Origin: an uncultured virus (IMG/VR IMGVR_UViG_2061766007_000461)
Lineage: Duplodnaviria; Heunggongvirae; Uroviricota; Caudoviricetes
Direction: 5' to 3' (one strand)
DNA: 56,969 nt
Virus record (IMG/VR): IMGVR_UViG_2061766007_000461
Under the pieces are notes generated by a model that made no database searches, had not been told where the DNA came from, and saw only the letters and a list, made by a program, of their open reading frames with translations. Made by a program: the position numbers and the translations under genes. Positions 49,380-56,969 of this stretch are shown in pieces (within the stretch, counting starts at the first letter, position 1; each line of letters starts with the position of its first letter).

Positions 49380-50031
49380 TCTTCATCAGCCCCAATCAGG
49401 TCATCAAGGCTGTACACCACACGCATTTTCTCATCGGTGATTCCCAGCAGTTCCCTCACCTCATCCTCCTGCTCCGGAGAATAAGTGATAATCACCCGCC
49501 GCTTCAGCAGGAAGTCTTCCGCATTGTCGGAATACGCTTCCAGTTCCTCCTTGGTCAGCGGCTCCTGATAATCCCGGAAGCCCTCATCCCCGGCTCCATA
49601 ATCCGTTTCCGGCTCGCTCGCTACACCAAAATCCGAACTTCCGTTGCTGAAGCCAAATCCAAAGTCTCCCATATTGAACTCGCCAAGCCCAGACAGTTCC
49701 ATTTCCAGCTTCCCGAAATTCCACCGGGAAAGTTCAGCGGTTTTATTGTGAGCCAGCCCGTAGGCTTTCCGCTCTGCGTCCGTCATGTGATCCAGCCGGA
49801 TACAGGGGACTTCCTTCAGTCCAAGAGCTTTCGCCGCCATCAGCCGCCCGTGGCCTTCAACAATTACGTTATGGTCTGACCAAATCCCAATCGGGTCATC
49901 AAAACCGAACTTTTCAATGCTCCGCTTGATTGCGGCTACGTCTTCCTCCCCNNNNNNNNNNNNNNNNNNNNNNNNNCCAAAGATTCCACGGGCAGATACA
50001 CAATTTCCAGCCTGAAGTCCTTTTTCGCCAT
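49376..50031 (-). CDS. ParB-like domain protein (gapped)
   Basis: MAKKDFRLEIVYLP..., SIEKFGFDDPI...IVEGHGRLMAAK.LG..EVP...AHNKTAELS.W. Confidence 0.85.
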
Positions 50032-50045
50032 TGTTCCGTTCCTCC

Positions 50046-50357
50046 TCATTCTTTGATATATTTCAGCAACGCTTCCAGTTCATCCAGCGTCACGAAATAA
50101 CAGCAATCCCGGTTTTCGCACTTGTCATTCTCAACGCACAGGATCAGCTTGTTGATAATCGTCTCCGGCTCCGCTTTCGGAGCTTCCATCCATAACTCAA
50201 CATCTTTCACCGCTTCCCCGTCTACATCAATCCACTCATATCCATCCCATTCAGCGAGCTTCTTATGCGTCACAATCGTACCCATGCGTTTTACTGCCAG
50301 TAGGCACTCTGTTTCGCACTCCGGAAGTCCATCCCTGATATTTACCCATCTTTTCAT
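50046..50357 (-). CDS. DUF551-like hypothetical
   Basis: WVNIRDGLPE...V..WM..P. Confidence 0.6.
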   Translation of the reverse strand: MKRWVNIRDGLPECETECLLAVKRMGTIVTHKKLAEWDGYEWIDVDGEAVKDVELWMEAPKAEPETIINKLILCVENDKCENRDCCYFVTLDELEALLKYIKE

Positions 50358-50542
50358 ACACGCACCTCTATGGCCAAATTTGACCACTTTATGGCAATGC
50401 CCGTTTTTTGCTGATTTTCCGGTTAAGCTTCCTCATGTGCCGTTCGTAATCCCGTTTCGGATAGCAGACAGCCGGGCAGTTGCCCTTCCGCTTACATCCA
50501 GCGCACGGATTCATTTTTCGTCCCCCTTCCGAAAAGTGAATG

Positions 50543-50660
50543 CATCTATTTGTGCCAAAACCCACCCTCTTACGTGCGCAAGCCCCCGAATGGATATTTA
50601 CCCATTCAATTCGCCGGACGTGGGTCTATGCGTAGAAGCCTGGATTTTCCACCACTCTAC
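50543..50660 (+). repeat. Dispersed non-coding element, copy d
   Basis: ctatttgtgc...ttacgtgcgcaagcccccgaatggatatttacccattcaattcgccggacgtgggt. Confidence 0.8.
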
Positions 50661-50732
50661 GGCTCGCATTTTTCGGGGCGAAAATCCGCTGTTTCCCGGC
50701 TCTTCCCGTTCCGCTTCTTTCCGCTTCCCCCG

Positions 50733-50860
50733 AAAAATGACACCACCGTAATTTGGTCAAAACCGCACCTTCCTGCCGTTTTAGCTTCCGGATGGATATT
50801 TACCCATCTTGAAAGCCGGACGTGGGTAAGCGCATCTGAGAATGGCTACACCACCATCCT
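50733..50860 (+). repeat. Dispersed non-coding element, copy e
   Basis: ccaccgtaatttgg...ccggatggatatttacccatcttgaaagccggacgtgggtaagcgca...tggctacacca. Confidence 0.8.
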
Positions 50861-51098
50861 ACGGTGCAGGATTTTCCGCACCATCTCCGTCCACCCGGAC
50901 TATCCNNNNNNNNNNNNNNNNNNNNNNNNNNNNNNNNNNNNNNNNNAACGTTGACATACGGCAGTCACCCTTGCTCATTATCCGGCTCACGGTCTGCCCG
51001 TTCTTCGCATACCCGGCTACATCACTCCATTTCTTCTGGTTGAGTCCCTTCTCCCTTGCGAGCCGGTCAGCCTGAAGAATCAATGATCTCAATTCCAT
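50859..51098 (-). CDS. HTH protein (gapped)
   Basis: REKGLNQKKWS..AG....GQTVSRI. Confidence 0.6.
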   Translation of the reverse strand: MELRSLILQADRLAREKGLNQKKWSDVAGYAKNGQTVSRIMSKGDCRMSTXXXXXXXXXXXXXXXIVRVDGDGAENPAP

Positions 51099-51206
51099 TT
51101 TGTCACCCCTTCCGGAAACTGTCTATTTTCAAAAAGCTGAATTTTTTATTCCCTGTTCAGGCTCCGCTCCTCCGTGAAGCCCTCCGGGTATCTCTTCCGG
51201 AGCTTG

Positions 51207-51479
51207 TCAATATTTTTCCGTGCGATCTCTTCCAGCCACCAGCCGTTGACAGTGCNNNNNNNNNNNNNNNNNNNNNNNNNNACCAACCTCTTTCTTCACC
51301 TCTTCCGCTTCAATTTTGTGACCCTGATATACTTTTTGGTAAATACTCTGAATCTCTCCCAGTTCCCCGCACATCTCAAACAGGCTGTGCCGTAGCATCT
51401 CTTCCCGGCTCAAATTGTGATTTATAGTCCGTCCCGCCAATTCCTGATATTCATTCAGCTTCATTCCCTCAAATTCCAT
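51207..51479 (-). CDS. MazG-like nucleotide pyrophosphohydrolase (3' end uncertain)
   Basis: LNEYQELA.RT...GELGEI....K..QGH......KEVG. Confidence 0.8.
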   Translation of the reverse strand: MEFEGMKLNEYQELAGRTINHNLSREEMLRHSLFEMCGELGEIQSIYQKVYQGHKIEAEEVKKEVGXXXXXXXXXHCQRLVAGRDRTEKY

Positions 51480-51549
51480 CTTTTCCCCTCCTCAAGCTGT
51501 CTTATACACGTACACCAGAAACGCAACCAGCAATAGAATCCAGACCCAC

Positions 51550-51801
51550 TCAGGCACCGCTTTCCACCAGCCTTTCCTGTCCACCATTCCTTGAGTTCCG
51601 CTCAAACTCCGGGCATTCCCTCACGCTGTAAGTCACTTCCCTTCTCAGATCATTCTTGTAAACCTTCGCTGGCATTTTCTCCGCTACCCAGCCATCAACA
51701 GGTTCAAAACATCGGCTCCAACTGCACTCCCCGGTTGTGGACTTCCTGCAATCCCAACAAAGCTGGAACTTGTGTTTGAAATTCGGATTCCCTCTACTCA
51801 A
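51550..51801 (-). CDS. Cys-rich hypothetical
   Basis: LCWDC....CSWS....PV.GW.A...Y.V.ECPEF. Confidence 0.65.
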   Translation of the reverse strand: MSRGNPNFKHKFQLCWDCRKSTTGECSWSRCFEPVDGWVAEKMPAKVYKNDLRREVTYSVRECPEFERNSRNGGQERLVESGA

Positions 51802-51807
51802 TCCACT

Positions 51808-52077
51808 TCACCGCCTGTCCGTATTACATGGACAATCGTCCATCCTAAAAGAACATTGACCATTACATAAAGCATTGTCTAATTTGCAATACGGAACTGT
51901 TGCACCCATATCCTGTTCCCATTCGACCATTGGGCAATTTTTCTGAAGCATTATTACTTTATTGCGAAACGCTAATGTTTCTGGATTAAATGCATTAACT
52001 ATTGCGGAATTTTGTCCACATAATACAGATAAAATATTATCGTTAATCCCTTTGATAACTTTCTCCCGATCTTGCAT
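51808..52077 (-). CDS. Hypothetical protein
   Basis: MQDREKVIKG..., RBS AAGGAG. Confidence 0.55.
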   Translation of the reverse strand: MQDREKVIKGINDNILSVLCGQNSAIVNAFNPETLAFRNKVIMLQKNCPMVEWEQDMGATVPYCKLDNALCNGQCSFRMDDCPCNTDRR

Positions 52078-52198
52078 ATCAATTGTCTCCTTTAAGTTAC
52101 AGTTCGCCCATGAATTTTTCATCGGTTTCAAAGATAATCCCCTCAAGTGCAAGCCTTAACTGCCGAATTTCCGCTTCCTGCTCTTTAANNNNNNNNNN

Positions 52199-52436
52199 AG
52201 CAGTATTCAAGGCACATGGCAATGCTCTCCACACACGATTTGAAGAACGCATCTGGTGTCATTCCGTCAGGCACAGGATCCTCAGAGTAGTGGCGATACT
52301 CACCTTTGATCTGCTCTTCTTCAGACTTCAGATATTTTTCAAATTCTTCATCGGTGGGCCCAAAACATGCAAGGCGAGATTTCAAGCTCTCTCGCACAGC
52401 ATTATAGAATTCACCATACTCCTTCATTGCGTTCAC
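52199..52436 (-). CDS. Acidic hypothetical downstream of portal fusion
   Basis: Start overlaps upstream stop. Confidence 0.55.
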
Positions 52437-55299
52437 CCCTTTATGCTCCTATCCCTCTCCGCTTTCGCAGCGTCATAATCAGAGCTTGGCTTGACCCTCT
52501 TTGTGAACTCGTAATGATCCGCTCCAAACTCTTTCCGGATTTCTTCCGGCGACCTTCCGGTATATTTGAAGAAAATCACGGGCTCCGGATCGTCTCTCCC
52601 CTTAACCCAATCGTCCGGCGCGTACTGCTCGTCAAACGGGCACCAACTTACGGGTTCGAAACCGTTCTTCGTGTAGAATCCATACAATTTCCCGAAAGCA
52701 TCCAGTTTGTTGCCGCCCTGCTCCCGTGCGTGTTTCAGCAAGTCGCTTCCCTTGACAGATCCGTCATCAGGGTTTTTGCACACGCTTACGATATCTCCGT
52801 CATGCACAGCAACCGCGGAACCGCCTTCGGTAATAAAGCAATCCATTCCTTCGTAGTCTTCGTCCGAATACGTGCTGTCAACTCTCCACGCGTCCTGAGG
52901 CCGATCTTTTGCTACCGCTGCTTTTGCTGCGTGGAACGTTTCCCGGAACTTCTTTGCGACGGTCTTTGCAAAAGATTTCCCTGTTTCATTATATCCTGTT
53001 TGCGGACTATTTGCAACGGGTTCTTCGGGCTTATTTTCAAAAACCTTCGGTTCCTCTTTGGGCTTGGTCGGTTCCTTTGGCTTGGGAGGGGAGTAGGTGA
53101 CCGGCGGTTCTTCCGGCTTGNNNNNNNNNNNNNNNNNNNNNNNNNNNNNNNNNNNNNNNNNNNNNNNNNNNNCTCTCGGGTGATCTTCCTCCCGGAAGTC
53201 ATCCCGGCCCATAAAGTGTCTCAGCGCTTCGGCAACATCATGCAGGAAGCCCCGACGGACAGCCTTTTGCCGCTTCAGCGTCTCGCTCTGCACCTTCTGG
53301 GCGCTGTCAGGGTCGTTGGCCCAATAATGCCGGTTGGCCTTCACGATGGCCCGGGCCTTTTCGAGATCGCCGTTGGCCGCGGCTTTCATCACCTGCGCTT
53401 TCATCTTGCGCATGTGGCGTTCCTGCTGGGCGTTTCCCTGCACTTTCTGTTTCAGGCTCAGATCCGACCACTCTTTCCGCTCGCGGTTCTGCCGGGCGAC
53501 GCTGGCGACGGTTCTCTGTGGCCTTTTCGGCTCAGGCATTCCGGCCGTGGGGTTGGCCATGAATCGGGCCCGCTCCATCAGACCGGCTTTTGACGTACCG
53601 TTTTTATGGTATCCGGGCCTCGGGCCGCTTCCCGGGCCACCGTCTTCGCCTTCTTCTTCCGGCTCTTCTGCGGCCTCTTCCTCTGCGGCTTTAGCTTTCA
53701 GGCGCTCAATCCGCTCTCGGAGCTCGGCCATCTTTGCGGCTCNNNNNNNNNNNNNNNNNNNNNNNNNNNNNNNNNNNNNNNNNNNNNNNNNNNNNNNNNN
53801 NNNNNNNNNGGGAGGCATTCCACCTTCCGGAGGCATCCCGCCGCCTTCAGGGCCCATTCCGGGGCCCATCATGCCCATCGGATCTTCCATGCCTTCGCCG
53901 GAATCAACCTCGTCGCTTGCCCGCTCAATGCTCTCGTCGGTGATCGAAGTCCATGCGGCAATATCCTTGCCCTGATTTCGGAGCTCCGACAAGGCTTCCT
54001 TCTGTGAAATGAGGGCAGCGGAGAAGGCTTGAATCACGGGGCCCGCTTGCTTGCTCATGATATCCGCTCTCTCGGCAGGCTTNNNNNNNNNNNNNNNNNN
54101 NNNNNNNNNNNNNNNNNNNTCCGGGATTTCGCCCCATACACTCATAGCCATCACAGGCAGCAGTTTTTCAATAGCGGGCTTCAGGACAAGCTTCTGCATC
54201 CGGGAAAGCTTGTCGTAATAAATCTGCATGTCGCTTTCTCCGGTGGCGTTCATGCCCTGCGGAGCCCGACCATACAGCTTCGTGGCCGGGNNNNNNNNNN
54301 NNNNNNNNNNNNNNNNNNNNNNNNCATAAAGGACTCGTAGACCTCAGAGATACCGGCAAAGGAGTATGGGTGCTGCTCTAAGCTGTCTTCCGCGCCCATC
54401 AGCATCATGCCGAAGCTGTTCCGGATCCGGTTCGCGTTTTGGATCGCGTCCATGATCCGCTGTTTCTGCTTCTCGGTGCCCATGGCCAGCACTTCGCCGT
54501 AGTCGGCGATCTTCAGAGCCGACACGTTAGCTTGGAAGATGAGCTGGGCAATATTTGCGCTGGTAGCGTTGCGCTTCTGAAGCTCTTCGTATACGTGTTC
54601 GAGCTCAGACGCGCCCCAATACTCTTCGTCTTCCTCTTCCTGAATCGGCAGCANNNNNNNNNNNNNNNNNNNNNNNNNNNNNNNNNNNNNNNNNNNNNNN
54701 NNNNNNNNNNNNNNNNNNCAATGTCTACCTGATAGTATTTCGGATAGCCGAATTCGGGATCATCCATATCCTCTTCCAGCTCATCCGACGGCCACAGGCC
54801 TTCCGTGCGGTCAACCACAATCAGCCCCCGGAAGCATCCGGGCATCAGCGTTTCATAGTCGAGAGGCTGGTCAAGCATGTCTTCCTGNNNNNNNNNNNNN
54901 NNNNNNNNNNNNNNNNNNNGCGCCGCCGTACAGCCGTGCCCACCGGATCGCGTTCGTGATTTCTTCCTGAACGTTGTGCTTGTCTTCCTGCTTGGCCAGT
55001 TCATCAAGCTTGTCCTGATCCATCTGGGAAGCAATGGTGTACCATGGCTGTGTCATATCCTCACACGGGATATCTATGATCCTCTTGGCTATCCAGTTTT
55101 CACGGTACATGACGGTCAGAAGCTCTGTATCCCGGGTGATGGAGTGTCTCTCGTAGTCGTTCGCCTGATTCAGGTCGCTTGCTTCACCCAAATACGCCAG
55201 CGTATTGATAAAGCCATCATGAGCGCTCAGGCTTTTCTGCTTTATGTCATTTTGCGGCCGTGCTATGGGCATCGTCCGTCTCCTGTGCTTTTTCGCCAT
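52433..55299 (-). CDS. DUF1073-type portal (phage B) with long C-terminal extension ending in a GNAT-like domain (gapped)
   Basis: YRENWIAKRIIDIPCEDM, WARLYGG, YWG.SELE, PATKLYG.SP.GMNATGESD..YYD; tail KGSDLL..A...GG.KLD...LYGFY...GF. Confidence 0.75.
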
Positions 55300-55317
55300 C
55301 GCGCGTCACTCTCCTTA

Positions 55318-56408
55318 TCAATAGACTTGGTGTTTGTCGTATAACCGACATATACACGCTGCGGAATCCGGCGCGTCATCGTGCTGCGCCATGATGGTGT
55401 AATCCATGATTTGTTCAAGGTACAGGGGATCCGTGTCTTTGTGCCAGANNNNNNNNNNNNNNNNNNNNNAGGAACGTACTGATTTTGACGTACTTGTTTT
55501 CATCCTCGTGGTAGCCCTTGCCGTACAGATCCCGACGCTGGATTTCTTTCTTCAGGTAGCCCTTGTCGGCGTTGTCTTCGCAATAGACCGGCGAACAGCG
55601 GAACCGCTGCATGTCCGAGATGATTGCCGACAAGACGGTGTCTACGTGGGCATGCCAGATTTTACCGTACATGTAGATGGTGTCATCCACCCGACGGGCG
55701 CATGTAAAAGCGGTAAAGTCTTCGCCGCCATAGGAGGCATCAATGTGGGCAATGCCGTCGTATAGGCGCTGATCACCGTCGAAGAACTCAGGGGCTTTTG
55801 TGAACAGCGCTCCGGCCTCGGCGATATGCCGTAGCTCGTAGTTGGCAGCGAATAGGGAAGGGGTCATGCTCTTCCGGAGCTCTGCGATCTTTGCTTCCGA
55901 CAGCATGCCCGTCCGGCGGTAGTCCCACACTTCTGCCGGTGGCATCAGGGAGAACGCGTCTTCCTTGTGCCACGGGGTGCCGGTGTTGATGATCCTGCCG
56001 CCCGGGTTGCGGACATTCTGCAATTCCTGATATACCGCTTTGGTGTGCTCCCGCTCGGCCTGTGATACGCGGTCTTTCAGGTTGATGATATCGTCAGTAA
56101 TGACGATGTCCGCGTGTTTACCGGTCAGGGAGCCGGAAATACCGATACCCAGCAGCTGCGGTGCGCCACGCGGTGCGCAGTAGNNNNNNNNNNTTGTGAA
56201 CCATCATGAGCGCGATGGACACGCCGAGGCATGTGGTTTTGTATGAGCCCCGGTGCGCTTGCAGCGTCATATCATCGGTGCCCATAACCATCTCCCAGAT
56301 CCACCGACCATGCATGTCGGTCATCTGCTTGTAGCCCAGTTCTTTGCACAGGGCTACCGGGTGCTCAATGAACCATGCCGCCTTCTCTTGCTCAGTCACT
56401 GCCACCAC
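55318..56408 (-). CDS. terL: Terminase large subunit, phage B (gapped)
   Basis: HRGSYKTT, GTPWH.ED, HIDASYGG.D, HDDAPDS; clear homologue of 44848..46136. Confidence 0.93.
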
Positions 56409-56772
56409 TCATTTTACTGAAAGCAGCGTCCAGTGTTTCGAACTGTGGCAGCGCTACCGACATTTCAACCTTCTCGGCGAACTTCTCGCCCAGTGTGTCG
56501 CGGATGGTTTCATAGGCCCTCACGTCGCCGCTCATGGCTTTCTTCAGCAGCGCCACGGAGATTGCTTCCTGAGCGGACACGTCCCGGCCCTTTTCGTTTT
56601 TGGATGTGACCGGCAGCAGATCCAGCAGCTCTTCCCGGAGTGTTTTGCGGGCCCTGCGAATTTCGGCTGATCGCTTCCCGCCCTTCTTTCCTGCTTCGCT
56701 CGCTTCTTCCCTCGTTTTGAAAGTCTTGCCTATTGGGATAGGTTGCCCGTTAATCGGTGATCTTGGTCGTTC
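56392..56772 (-). CDS. terS: Terminase small subunit, phage B (start in gap)
   Basis: TREEA...GKKGGK.S...RR..KTLRE.L..LL...KAMSGDVRAYETIRDTLGEK. Confidence 0.8.
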   Translation of the reverse strand, partial: ERPRSPINGQPIPIGKTFKTREEASEAGKKGGKRSAEIRRARKTLREELLDLLPVTSKNEKGRDVSAQEAISVALLKKAMSGDVRAYETIRDTLGEKFAEKVEMSVALPQFETLDAAFSKMSGGSD

Positions 56773-56969
56773 NNNNNNNNNNNNNNNNNNNNNNNNNNNN
56801 NNNNNNNNNNNNNNNTGAGCGGTTAAGGCGATCTTGACCTCTGCCTTCTCCGCTGCGGTTTTCCGGGTTGCTGGTTTCTTTGCAGTCGCGTTTTTCTTGA
56901 CTGCTGGTTTAGCTTCCGGCTTTTTGGCAGTAGCTAAACCCTTTGCGGCTGGCGCTTTCGCCTTCTTGA

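Noticed and set aside
54250..55299. Anti-CBASS nuclease label sometimes attached to DUF1073 proteins
   Set aside because: Position after TerL and motifs indicate a portal; no 2H HxT pair recognised
1..56969. tRNA, rRNA or IS elements
   Set aside because: No cloverleaf, rRNA or transposase signature seen by eye; a tRNA-like att core could be hidden in the 10970-11025 gap

Overview
Gap-riddled metagenomic scaffold of temperate siphovirus DNA from a Firmicutes-like (probably Clostridia) host; no host chromosome is recognisable. Core modules occur twice (two integrases, two CI/Cro switches, two SSAP/NinB/HNH blocks, two TerS/TerL/portal sets, two NlpC/P60 endolysins), so it most likely interleaves two related phages. 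Phage A (~1.7-18.7 kb, 26.4-26.6 kb, 26.7-52.2 kb) carries early genes with ArdC, a six-gene cluster of unknown function, attP/int, immunity, recombination/replication, lysis, tail, head with a MuF-ADP-ribosyltransferase, terminase and a ParB/kinase/amino-acid:DNA-transferase/radical-SAM DNA-modification block. Phage B covers ~0-1.7 kb, 18.7-26.4 kb, 26.6-26.7 kb and 52.2-57 kb. The standout is at 24.0-26.7 kb: two Cas7/RAMP-like genes without other cas genes, plus non-coding arrays with strict 5-nt periodicity (variable NN + semi-constant GGA/GTT/GGY, units delimited by GGCAGTC). Read antisense with every third base skipped, the NN dinucleotides spell protein-like motifs (e.g. a DExH Walker-B-like hhhhDExH). 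This suggests a codon-phased, gapped RNA-guided system aimed at other phages. All product calls come from motif recognition by eye, and many genes are broken by N gaps.
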